Shown one piece after another: positions 32,935 to 47,222 of a stretch of DNA of 64,000 bases. Source of the stretch: the human T2T-CHM13v2.0 reference genome, Homo sapiens. Within the stretch, counting starts at the first letter, position 1; each line of letters starts with the position of its first letter. The notes below the pieces were generated by a model that had not been told where the DNA came from, made no database searches, and saw only the letters and a program-made list of their open reading frames with translations. The translations under genes were made by a program, and so were the position numbers. The stretch is taken from assembly GCF_009914755.1 (NCBI RefSeq), contig NC_060947.1; one strand, given 5' to 3'.

Positions 32935-35900
32935 TGTTGTTTTTCTTTTTATTTATTTAGTTATTATATTATTTAACTTTTATTTCAGGTTCAGAAGTAC
33001 ATATGCACGTTTGTTCTGTAGGTAAAATGTGTGTCATGGGGGATTGGTGTGCAGATAATTTCATCACCCAGTAATAAGCATAGTACCTGATAGGTAGTTT
33101 TTTGATCCCAACTCCCCTCCCACCCTCCACCCTTAAGTAGGCCCCGATGTCTGTTGTTCCCTTCTTTGTGTCCATGTGTACTCAATGTTTAGCTACAACT
33201 TATAAATAAGAATATGTGGTATTTGGTTTTTCTGTTCCTGCATTAGTTTGCTTAGGATAATGGCCTCCAGCTCCATCCATGTTGCTGCAAAGGACATAAC
33301 CTCATTCTTTTAATGGCTGCATAGTATTCTATGGTGTATATGTACCACTTTTCTTTATCCAGTCTACAATTCATGGGCATTTAGGCTGATTCTGTCTTTG
33401 CTATTGTGAATAATGCTGTGATGAACCTTCACATCCATGTGCCTTTATGGTAGAATGATTTATATTCCTTTGGGTATATACACAATAATGGGATTGCTGT
33501 GTCAAATAGTAATTCTGTTTTAAATTCCTTGAGAAATTGCCAAACTGTTTTCCACAGTTTCCAAAAGATTGAACTAATCTGCATTTTAACCAGCAGTGTA
33601 TAAGAATTCCCTTTTCTCCACAACATCACTAGCATATGCTATTTTATTTACAACCATTCTGACTGGTTTGAGATGATATCTCATTGTGGTTTGATTTGCA
33701 TTTCTTTAATGAGTAGTAATATTGAGCATTTTTTCATATGCTTGTTAGCTGCATGTGTGTCTTCTTTTGAAAAGTGCCTGTTAATGTCCTTTGTCCACTT
33801 TTTTAATAGGGTTGATTGTTTTTCACTTGAAAATTTGTTTTAGTTCCTTATAGATTCTCAATATTAGTCTTTGTCAGATGCGTACTTTGCAAATACTGCC
33901 TTCCATTCTGTAGGTTGTCTGTTTATTCTTTTGATAGATTCTTTTGATGCGAAGAAGGTCTTTAGTTAAATTAGGTCTCATCTGTCAATTTGTATTTTTG
34001 TTGCAATTGCTTTTGGCATCTTCCTCATGAAATTTTTGCTAGGTCCTATGTCCAGAATGGTATTCCTAGGTTATTCTTCAGGGTTTTTATAGACTTGGGT
34101 TTTACATTTAAGTCTTTAATCTATCTTGAATTGAAGCAAGAAAGGAAACAGTCCAGTTTCAATCTTCTGCATATGGCTAGCCAGTTACCCCAGTACCACT
34201 TTTTGAATAGGGAGTCCTTTCCCCATTGGCTTGTTTTTGTTTATTTTGTCAAAGATCAGAGAGTTGTAGGTGTGAAGCCTTATTTCTGGGCTCCCTATTC
34301 TGTTCCATTGGTCTATGTAGCTCTTTTTATACCAGTGACATGCTGTTTTGGTTACTGTAGCCTTTTAGTATAATTTGAAGTCAGGTAATGTGATGCCTCC
34401 AGCTTTGTTCTTTTTGCTTAGGATGGCTTTGGCTATTTTTGGTTCCATATCAATTTTAAATACTTTTTTTCTAATTCTGTGAAGAATGTTATTCGTAGTT
34501 TCATAGAAATGGCACTGAATCTAAATTGCTTTGGGCAGTATGTTAATTTTAACAATATTTATTCTTCCTATCCAGGAGCATGGAATGTTTTTCCATTTGT
34601 TTGTGTTATCTCAGATTTCTTTGATGTTTCGTAATTCTCATTGTAGAGAGCTTTAACCTCCCTGTTAGCTATATTCCTAGGTATTTTATTATTTTTGTGG
34701 CTAATGTGAATGGGATAGTGTTCTGAACTTGGCTCAAAGCTTAGATATCCTTGGTGTATAGAAATGCTACTAATTTTTGTACATAGATTTTGTATCCTGA
34801 ACTTTGCTGAAGTTGTTTATCAGATCTAGGAGCCTTTGGCCAGAGACTATGAGTTTTCTAGGTATAGAATCATATCTGCAAGTGGAGATAGTGTGACTTC
34901 CTCTCTCTTGGTTCTTTATCCAGCTTGTCACTCTGAGCCTTTTAATTGTGGCATTTAGCCCATTTACATTCAAGGTGAATATGGATAGGTGCATATTTGA
35001 ACATGTCATCATGTTGTTAGTTGGTTATCATGTAGCCTTGTTTGTGTGGCTGCTTTGTAGTGTCAATGATCTATGTACTTAAGTGTGTTTTTGTAGTGGC
35101 CAGTAATGGTCATTCTTTTCCATATTTAGCACTCCCTTCAGGAGTAAGGATCTGCCTTCAGGGAGGTCTAGTGATAATGAATTCCCTTAGCGTTTGCTTG
35201 TCTGCAAAGAATGTCATTTATCCTTCGCTTATGAAGCTTAGTTTAGCTGGATATGAATTTCTTAGTTGGAATTTCTTTTCCTTAAAAATGCTAACTATAG
35301 GCTCCCAGTCTCTTCTGACTTGTAGTGTTTCTGCTGAAAGGTCTGCTGTTAGCCCGATGCAGTTCCCTTTGTAGTCGACCTGCCCCTTCTCTCTAGCTAC
35401 CTTTAGTATTTTTTCTTTCATTTTGACCTTGGTGAAACTGATGGTCATCTTGTGTAGTATCTCATAGGGATTCTCTATATTTCCGGAATTTGAATGTTTT
35501 CCTCTCTAATGGGGTTGGAGAAATTTTGATGGATGATACCCAGAAATATTTTTCCAAGTTGTTTGCTTTCTCTTCCTCTCTTTCAGGGATGCCAATGAAT
35601 CATAGATATGGTCCCGTTACATAATCCCATATTTCTCAGAGGTTTTGTTCATTCTTCTTTTAGATGTTTTGTTTTGTTTGTTTTTGTCTTACTGAGTTAT
35701 TTTGAACAACTGGTCTTCAAGCTCAGAGATTCATTCCTCAGCTTGGTCAATTCTGCTTTTCATACTAGCAATTATATTCTGAAATTTTTAAGTGAGGTTT
35801 TCAGCTGTATCAGTTCAGTTTGATTCAAATGTCCATTCACCTTTCTTTTCTTATATCATTTTTATTGTATCCCTTAGAACCCTCAGATTGGGTTTCCATT

Positions 35901-36158
35901 TCTCCTGAATCTCAAAGATCTTTCTTTCCATCCATATTCTGAATTATATTTCTGTCATTTCAGCCATTTCATCCTGGTTAAGAACCATTGCAGGAGAACT
36001 AGTGCAAGCATTTTGAGATAAAAAGACACACTAGCTTTTTGCATTGCCAGAATTCTTACACTGGTTATTATTCATCTGTGTGGGCTAATGTTCCTTCAAT
36101 GTTTGTAGCTGCTGTCCTTTGGATAGGATTTTTTGCTTTTATCTTCTTTGATTCCCTT
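32935..36158 (-). mobile_element. L1PA13-16-like element with a large internal ORF2 deletion; 5' end lost
   Basis: 3' UTR and ORF2 C-terminus, then at about 34907 a jump to the ORF2 N-terminus (MT.SN.H.SI.TLNVNGLNA.IKR) and ORF1 (KEKILK.AREKGQV.YKG..I.LTADLSAETLQ.RRDW). Confidence 0.88.
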
Positions 36159-36159
36159 C

Positions 36160-37305
36160 TTTGTGGCACCCTCTGAAGCTGCAGCCCAAGCTGTACTTTG
36201 GCCCCTTGTAGTCATGGCTGGAGCACCTGGGACACAGGGCACCAAGTCCCTAGACTGCACACAGCACAGGGACCCTGGGCCCAGCCCACAGCACCATTTT
36301 TTCCTCCTAGGTCTCCAGGCCTGTGATGGGAGGGGCTGCCACAAAGATCTCTGACATTCCCTGGTAACATTTTCCCCATTGTCTTGGTGATTAACATTCA
36401 GCTCTTCATAACTGATGCAAATATCAGCACCAGTCTTGAATTTCTGCTCTGAAAATGGGATTTTCTTTTCTATTGCATTGTCTGGCCACACATTTTCTGA
36501 AATTTTATGCTCTATTTCCCTTTTAAAACTGAGTGCCTTTAAAATCACCCAAGTCACCTTTTGAATGCTTTGCTGCTTAGAAATTTATTCCACCAGATAC
36601 TCTAAATCATCTCTCTCAAGTTCAAAGTTCCACAAATCTCTAGGGCAGAGGCAAAATGCCACCAGTCTCTTTGCTAAAACATAACAAGAGTCACCTTTGC
36701 TCCAGTTTCCAACAAGTTCCTCATCTTCATCTGAAACCACCTCAGCCTGGATTTCATTGTCCATATCATTATCAGCATTTTGGTCAAAGTCATTCAACAA
36801 GTCTCTGGGGAGTTCCAAACTTTCCCACATTTTCCTGTCTTCTTCTGAGCCCTCCAAAGTATTCTGACCTCTGCATGTTACCCAGTTCCAAAGTTGCTTC
36901 CACATTTTTGGGTATCTTTTCAGCACCACCCGACTCTACTGGTACCAATTTACTGTATTAGTTCATTTTCACACTGCTGATAAAGACATACCCAAGACTG
37001 GGCAATTTACAAAAGAAAGAGGTTTAATGGACTTACAGTTCCACATGGCTGGGGAGGCATCCAAATCATGGTGGAAGGCAAGGAGGAGCAAGTCACATCT
37101 TACATAGATGGCAGCAAAGAGAGAGAGCTTCTGCAGGGGAACTCCTCTTTATAAAACCATCAGATCTCATGAGACTTATTCACTATCATGAGAACAGCAT
37201 GGGAAAGACCTGCCCCCATGATTCAATTACCTCCCACCAGGTCCCTCCCAGAGCACATGGGAATTCAAGATGAGATTTGGGTGGGGACAAAGCGAAACCA
37301 TACCA
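36160..37305 (-). mobile_element. THE1 (MaLR) 5' LTR (36954-37305) plus part of the internal region
   Basis: THE1B-like LTR; internal ORF remnants (MWESLELPRDLLN.FDQNADNDMDNEIQAEVVSD.DEELVGNWSKGDSCY). Confidence 0.92.
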
Positions 37306-39713
37306 TGTATCTATTTATATGATCAAAATTTTTTTTCTTTTTTGGCTTGTTGTTGATGTGATGAATTACATTAACTGATTTTCACAGAATTTTATTTGTT
37401 AACTATAGAAATAAAGTGAAAATGACAGCAACAATTAAAATGAATGCAATATAAAAACTATAGGAAGGAATAGAGGAGATAAATAATTTAATATAAATGG
37501 GATGAGCAATGAAGAAATGTAGATAAGGGTATGCCCACTCTTATAGTACCAGAAAAATTTCTTACAATAATGTAAATGCTAAATTATAATTTAATCAGAA
37601 TTAAAAGCTGCTCTGCTAGCATACTTGTATTCACACTGTCTAAGGAATATTTTAGAATGAAAAGAACTATATTGAATTTTAAAGACTATTATATTTTAAA
37701 TGATACTTGGGCATAGTTTGCTCATGGATACTTTCCTGAATGTTACAAGAAGACACCATTTAACATTACACATAATATTGGACTGCTGATTTCTGAAACG
37801 CTTCCTGAGCGTAAGGTAATAAACCCATAACTTGTTTAAATGTCATTCCCAGGCCTTGTCATCAGCACCTGAATACAATCTCAATTGCCACATTTCTGAA
37901 AGACTTTTTCCATTCAAAATTTGTACATTGAGAGGAGTCACTGATTTAAAGTCTTGAGGCAGGAACATATGAATAATAGATTGGAAGACCCTATTGCCAG
38001 AAAATAAAGATGGCTTTAAAATAGATCTACAGTAGTTTTAAAAGATCAAAGGTGTGCCCTATAAAAGAGCTCCCACTGGCCAAAATGTGAAAAACTAAAA
38101 CATCAAAAAGAGGATAATAATTACAATTATTTGGAACATGTTTCATCTGTGAAAAGCCTTGGGTACATGATGATACTTGCAAATGAAAATGTTAATTCAA
38201 AATGTACAAAAGTGAATTGTAAATATAAAAGGACACTGTAACAGAATAATACACTAAAATACAATGGCAACCTAATTGGAATTTCTTCTTTTTTAAATTA
38301 AGCATTGCTACATATATTTCTGTCTCCTTTAAGTAAGGGATAGTGGCTATAAGGAACTGTAGGAAAGCCATCTAATTCTGGAATATTATGACACCATAAA
38401 AAATCAGGAGGAATAGTCAGCACTGGTGTTCATGTTCACCATACACAATGACTTAACAAATGAAAATACAGCAATGAGTTGCTAAAACTCCAGAGACAGA
38501 AACTGAATACTTAGATATATAATTTTCTTAAAGCAGAAATCTCTAGATAACCTAACAACTTAAAATAAATTGCTAATAAGGTACAAGGAGATAACTTTTA
38601 AAAGGACAAAGATATTCCCAGATCAAAGTTGACGGCCATGTGAATGGGGAGGAACACCAAAATCTAAAATCATGCATGGATTTGTAAAGTCCAATTGATG
38701 TAGTAATGAGCTTTGACTCAAGAAGAGGCTCAGCCAGTGAATGTTGATTCAGGTTTGATTTTTCAAAGATAAAATTAGATCCTGTGTCTTGGCCAGAATT
38801 AGCATCTATGGCTGGTTTCACACAGTGCTCTTTTTCTTTATGATCTACCAATATTTCTGTAACTGTAGGTAGATATAGACATATATAGAGCTATTAGAGA
38901 AATAGAGAAAGTCTTTAAAATTTATATATGTGTGTGTTTTATGTATAAAATCCTACATAATTTATATAGCAAAGCAGTACAAAGTTCCCTGGAAAACTGA
39001 GAAAGCTATTTGTTTAGTTAATTGGCCACTTCTAAAAGAATAATAAAACTCTGTATCTCCTCAAAAACCAAATGGCTACACCTTGAGTTTCCCTGAAAGA
39101 CAAATGGTTACATCTTGAGATAGGATCCTACTTTAACTGCAGAGATGTGTTTTTATATTTCAAAAGGGTATGAGGCCTGTAACTTTAGATAAATCATAGC
39201 TTTAAAAATATTCCTAAAATGCCAATTTTAAACATTCCTATTTTAAGATTATTTTAATTATATTTGTTGTAATAACTTTATTATCATGGGAACAATTTGT
39301 ATATGATTAAGGTATTGGAAATAATTGAGAGTCTTTGACATATTAAACTTGTTTGTGATTGCATAGATAAAAAATTGACTAAGTTTATAATCTACATCTA
39401 AATGTCTAGCAATACTTACTGTATTTTGTTTTAATGGTATTTGTGTACGGATATTTAAATAGTTTTAAAAATCAATTCATGGATTTATAACTTTATAGTG
39501 TACTGGAAATGTAGTACTCTATACTCTTCTCCATACACAAATGTTTTTCTGTTAGTAACACTCCCTGCAACATTTGTGTAAGGCCCATAATATTTTCCAA
39601 AGGCCAAACTCTATAAGAAATTATTATTCCAGGACAACATGCACAAAAAAATTTAGTTAGTAGCCATGGCTCTTCAAGTTGGAATAATGAAAGCAGCAGG
39701 AATTATATATAAA

Positions 39714-39721
<8 letters not shown>

Positions 39722-39764
<43 letters not shown>

Positions 39765-39766
39765 CA
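39722..39766. repeat. (CA)n microsatellite
   Basis: Direct inspection. Confidence 0.95.
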
Positions 39767-40091
39767 AAGAATGCACACCAAAAGAGGAACTACAACGTAA
39801 CAAATACAGCAGTCCAACAAATAACTTTTCATTATCTTAAATAAATTAGTGACAAGATTTTTCTATCCTAGAAAACAACACAAAACCATTTAATGTTCTG
39901 TTTAAACTCTTTAAAGTACAAAATAAAGACATCAGTAGGGAGAAGAAAATAAATTTTGAGCTGTTAGAGCTCTAGGAAACCAACGAAGAAAAAAAAAACA
40001 TTCTTCAGAGATAAGATATGTTAGAAGCAATAAAAATGGAATAGGCATGACTGAAAACATAAACAAGAAAATAATTAGCAGGATTGAGGTT

Positions 40092-40456
40092 TATATTAAT
40101 CCATCCTCATGCTGCTAATGAAGACATACCCGAGACTGGGTAATTTAAAAAAGGATAGAGGTTTAATTGACTCACAGTTGAGCATGGCTGGGGAGGCCTC
40201 AGGAAACTTACAATCATGATGGAAAGGGAAGCAAACACATCCTTCTTCACATGGCAGCAGGAAAGAGAAGAATGAGAAGCCAGCAAAGGGGGAAGCCATT
40301 ATAAAACCATCAGATCTCATGAGAACTTACTCACTATCATGAGAATAGCTTGTGAAAAACCACCCCCATGATTCAATTACCTCCCACGACACATTGGGAT
40401 TATGGAAACTACAATTTAAGATGAGATTTGGGAGGGGACACAGCCAAACCATATGA
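40092..40456 (-). mobile_element. THE1C/D solo LTR with 5-bp TSD
   Basis: THE1 LTR sequence; aggtt at 40087-40091 and 40457-40461. Confidence 0.92.
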
Positions 40457-43400
40457 AGGTTATTACCAAAATAACTGGAAAAGATAAAACCTGAAGAATA
40501 ATCAGGGAATGTAGGAATGATAAATATGAGAGACAAATTAAACATAAAAATTATTTAAATGTAAAAGGTACTACATCTTCAGTAAATGTTTTAATATGTG
40601 TACCAAAAGGAAACAACTTCTCTAGAAAAAAATGAAATGAAATGTTAAATTCCAAGGCATATAGTGGTAAACTACTGAACATCTAGCATGTTAAAACTAT
40701 TCAAATAGACATCAGTAGTGGAAATGCAAGTCATGCAGTAGTGGTGAGAAGTATGTTGACCTCAGCCTTCTACAGACCAGCATTCAACTCAAAATTATGC
40801 AGCAAGTTACCCCAGTTTGAGAAAAAAATTATGTTTCAAAAATGTTACATCCAGCAGTTTTTCTTCAAGTGATAAAACAATAGAAAATATTTTAAGGCAT
40901 ATAATTGCCAGATAACATAGCTTTATTTTATATATCAAACTCACAAATAAAAAAATACTTGATCACAAGATCCAACTAATTGGCTGTATAATTTAAAATA
41001 AAGAAATTAGGAATAATGTAAACAGAGCAAAAATGGCGATGAGAAATAAATTAATTTTAATTTAGACAATTGATGCTATTTTAATATTAGAGTTAGAGAA
41101 GAGTAAATAAATGATATAGAAGTTGATCATAGCAAAAAATATTATAAGTGAATAAAAGCTGGAGATAGTAAAGGGAAAGTTGGAATAAGTAAGGGGTTGA
41201 ATGCTAGTTTTCTCAAAATTTACAGAAACCTGCCAAAATGTATGATCTAGATTTGAAACATAAACATGTATTAAAACAAAATGGCTCCAAATTCTTAATA
41301 CTTTTGAAAATCTATCTTTTAATTAAGCTTTTTCATTAATATTTAAAAAAATAAACACTTACCTTAAGCTCTGCTATTCCATGTTTCCTTTCAGTTTATT
41401 TTATTGGTTACATAAACATAAATGTAATTGCATTACTTTGTAGTTTAAAAAGAGCACAGGTACTATGAATTTAATTTGAAAAATTATTAGACTTTTTCTT
41501 TAATTTTTGAATATTTGAATTTTTATAAATGAGCATATTTCCAACTTTAATAAATCATGGTACCATTATTTTTATAAAGGTAGTTCAAATTAATTATATT
41601 TATAGATGTTTTCCAAATACTACCAGACACAAAGAAGGCACCTATAAAATGACAGGTTTAGACAGGACTAATCAACGAATCATTTGTAATTTAGAAACTT
41701 GCATTAGGGATCACATTCTTTTTGCAGAGACCACTCAAATCCTCTTCATTCTTTCATACTGTATTAACACAGATCAGACCTAACTGACTCTTAAGGAACA
41801 AATGAGCGGTTGTGTTCTACAACCAACAAATTTCCAATAAAGGAAGTCCAATTAAAAACTCATTTCTTTAATTGTGCAGAGATGTAATCAAGCTTAAAGA
41901 GAGGCAGAAAAACAAGATGTATGCAGTTTATTTAGGAGAATGGGCATATTAATTCTTAACTTTAATAATTTTAAAATAATGTCTATGGTTCCAAAATGCG
42001 CATTTAATTTCTTCTCTGTTCTCTTCAGGATTAACAAGTAAAATAAAGCCACCATGCCAGTATATTGGGAATAACTGAAATTCACAATATGAATTAAGGT
42101 TTCAAAGCAGGCAGGTATACAGCTAAAAGCAATACTTTAAGTTCCATATTTTCAAAATGGTTGAAAAGCATATACAGGAAAGGTATATATTATCTTCATG
42201 TTTCATAGGTTAAGATGTCTGAATCCTAAAGCAATTGTAGAATTTTCTACAATTCTTCAGGGAGATTACATCCAAGTGAAATCACAGTCACTGTTTATTT
42301 AATTCAATTGAACTCTATATCTTTGACTAAACTAACTTTTCCATTTTTTTTAACAAGAAACTAGTTTTATTTTCACCAGAATTATAAGATTCTTAATTTA
42401 TTGCAAGGGTTCTACTTTATATTAACATAATTCAACTCAATGGTCAGGGGAGTCAGTTGTATCCATTTTGCAATAAATATTTCGAGAACTAAACTAAACT
42501 AAAAATATCCAGCATATTAATGCACCAAGTAATATTCTATGTACTATTCTATCTCTTATAAACATTTCAATAAAAGACAATTAAATTGAGTTTCCAGTGA
42601 AAACATGCATTATGTATGTATCCAAGCTAATTCAATCAGCAAAAAATCTATTAAGCTTACTTTATTTAATGATATTACTGTGCTACTTTATACAACCAAG
42701 AATAGGAAATAAACATGACTTATCATATTTAAAAATGCAAGTTCTGACTCCTTAAGAAAGTCTTTTAAATTATTGCATGCTAATTTAAACAGATATTTTC
42801 TAAAACGTTAATGTTTATAATTAATCAAAATACCTCAATCAATTTTTGTTGGGGGGGCTGGGAGTTTAAAATGTGTAGAAAAAAATACATTATATCATTT
42901 ATCTGAATCCTAAAAGTAGCTATTTGCTTGTATATCCAATTCACTTAGAAAAAGCGAGAAACGGCAATACTTCAGAAGTACCAGTTTTGAGCTTTATAAA
43001 AATTTTCCCAAATAAAAGTCAAATTATTTTCCTGTCATCTAATATCATATAATTAATCTTCACTTACAACTCAAGGCATGAGATGACTGTGTAGACATTT
43101 ATCCTATTTTCTTTATCTTTACTGCCACAAAACATTTGAAAATAATATTCATTTGTCTTATTTCCAGTCATGAAAAACTTAATTTAATTATCACAGGTGA
43201 ACTTAATTACTTCAAGAGTACTATAAAATATTAAGAATTAGAAAAGTGAAAAATATAGTTTATCTGCTCCCTCACAAAACTAGTGTTTGATATTCAGATC
43301 TTTATAAATCTATACTCTTGACAAAATAAAATTAAGAAAGTATATTGGTTTTAAAAAATAAAAAAATAAAATCACAGTTTCTCAAAAAAAGAAAGGGTAT

Positions 43401-43463
43401 CTGGAAATTCTAAGTAACTTATACTCTTTTTTGTTGGTTGGTTCGTTTTTTACACCATAAATA

Positions 43464-44392
<929 letters not shown>

Positions 44393-44584
44393 AATATATA
44401 CAATTTTTATTTGTCAATTTTAAAACAAGAAAGTTCTTTCCCTTCTCGGACTTCATTTTTTTCCTCTGTAAAATGAAGGGGGTCAGACTATTTCAGTTAT
44501 TTGCCACCTTTTTTAATAGAAGAAGCCTTCTGTCAAGCAGTCTTTAGCAACATCTCAAATAAAACAGTTAAAAGTAGTCTTTGA

Positions 44585-44912
<328 letters not shown>

Positions 44913-44999
44913 TGATCAAAATGTTTTTAAGAAAATGTTATGTAATTGCTGTATAACGGGATATATTTACTATACAAATCAGGACAGAGGTTGCCTTAA

Positions 45000-45195
45000 A
45001 ATTTTTTTTAAATTTCAATAGTTTTTGGGGACAGGTGGTATTTGGTTACATGGATAAGCTCTTTAGTGGTGATTTCTGAGATTTTTGTGCACTCATCACC
45101 CGAGCTGTGTACACCGTACCCAACATGTAGTCCTCCCACCCTTGCCCCCACTCCTCAAAATCCATTGTATCATTCTTACACCTTTATGTCCTCAA
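45000..45195 (-). mobile_element. L1PB 3'-end fragment
   Basis: tttcaatagtttttgggg...tttggttacatggataag...tagtggtgatttctgagattt. Confidence 0.75.
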
Positions 45196-45953
45196 TTAAC
45201 TTCTAGGCTTAATTGTTTGTTAAACAATCCAATAGTAAAGATATACATCTTACCAGAAATGTCTGAGAAGCATCATATGTTACTATCTTTAAAAGTATGA
45301 AAGCAACTAGAGGAGGAGAAAATACAGTAAACTTTAGCTCAATTAAGTTTAAGGTTACAGTGGAGAAATGGGAAATTATTAATATACTGGGCTTTTCTAC
45401 TGACTTTTTTCTACTACATCCATTTAATTGCAGAATAAAAAATTAAGATTCAAAATTTTCATAAGAGTTTACAATGTAGTAGACAAACAACAAATAAATG
45501 TTAAATGATGTAATGAACATAAAGCAAGTAGATTTAAAGAATTTTAGTTGTACAAGAAAATGCATATAGTATATTCAATTGAGTATAGTATAAACTCAGT
45601 GCATCATCATATATTTTTACACTGGATGACTATCCTTTAGAAGGTTTCTCATCTGCCTTTCTAATATTCTTAACACTGTTCACTTGCCTTTCCTTTCCAT
45701 ATCCTTAAAGATCCTTGGCTCAACCCTCATCTCAATAGATAACGTGGTATTTCTCAACTATACCGTTGTTTCTCTTTAGCTAAGTGTAGAATCTCTCCAA
45801 ATTAACCTTTTAACATATATTGTCGCCATAGTCATTTCCCAGACCAGTTTGATTCATCCTCTTGAGGAGGTCTTGTGTACATACCGATAATATGGTAAAA
45901 TATAAAATGTGATCAAAATGTTGTCTGAAGATCATTTTTTTAAAAATATGAAT

Positions 45954-46245
<292 letters not shown>

Positions 46246-46625
46246 TCACTTTGACTATAAAATAGCACATATAATACATTTTTAGCAAGATGCCATCAAA
46301 TGAATAAAAAGTCTTTATTTTAAAATATTCTAAAATTTAAAAGAGCACCACTCTACAAAAGCAACTTTTCCAGGTCTGCTACACTACTGAGCTCATATTT
46401 TGGTTTTGATTTAGGACATTTTTTTTCATCTGTATTGCATTCCTTTGCAAAAATGTCCTGTAAGAGGAATGTCTGTGTTTCGTAAGTCAGTTAAGCTCAC
46501 CTATACATGAATATCTCTTTCACATTATAAAATAAAGGTCTCTCATTTCTCTGACTATTGTTTAATCGCAAAACCTATTTTAATTATGTAGATATTGCAG
46601 TGTGATTTTTATTCAACTATCTTGT

Positions 46626-46990
46626 TGTAATGATCAGGGATGTACCACCTGGTTCTCCTTCAAGGAAGAACTCGTTGCACTAGTTGCTCTGTCTTTTCAG
46701 GTATTGTTCCAGCTGCCTCCCTCAAGGTCATGCCCATTTCTGGCATCCCAGATCCAATGGCTGCTCCAAATGCAGGCATTAAGGTCCAACCTTCTGGCCC
46801 GTAAGGGACAATTCTGAAGAAACAGTATAGTTCCAGAATTTCCCCCATGAGATGAATTGAGACTCGATAGACCTGCCTCAGAACCGGAAATTTTTCTCTT
46901 CCCAAGCCTGCTTTGTTTTCAGCCCTTCCATGGGTTTTGATCCTGCAAACTAAACTTTGTCTCAGAGTCTGCTTCCACAATTGTTGCACA
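46626..46990 (+). mobile_element. LTR16-like ERVL solo LTR
   Basis: cagctgcctccctcaaggtcatgccc... and 3' end ctcagagtctgcttcc resemble the LTR16 consensus. Confidence 0.65.
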
Positions 46991-47222
46991 AGTAAAATAA
47001 TTTTTTTAAGTCGTCACATTGCAGCTGAATACCTGTCAATAATTGTATAGGTATTTTTAAATTTCACAATAGTTGTCTGCACCCAACAAGGCAGATGTTT
47101 TCTAGAAATGACTGGAGCAAAAACTTCAATTGATGTTGCCTTATGTGAAAAATTGTCAGATTAATTTGATTAGGGTACTATAATAATGTAGTCAAGTGGC
47201 TTTAAAAAAAAATAGTGCACTA

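Noticed and set aside
36096-36961. 101-153 aa ORFs
   Set aside because: Known THE1/MaLR internal ORF remnants and their antisense frames
42048-42074. Perfect Kozak gccaccATG
   Set aside because: Opens only a 6-codon ORF (MPVYWE*)
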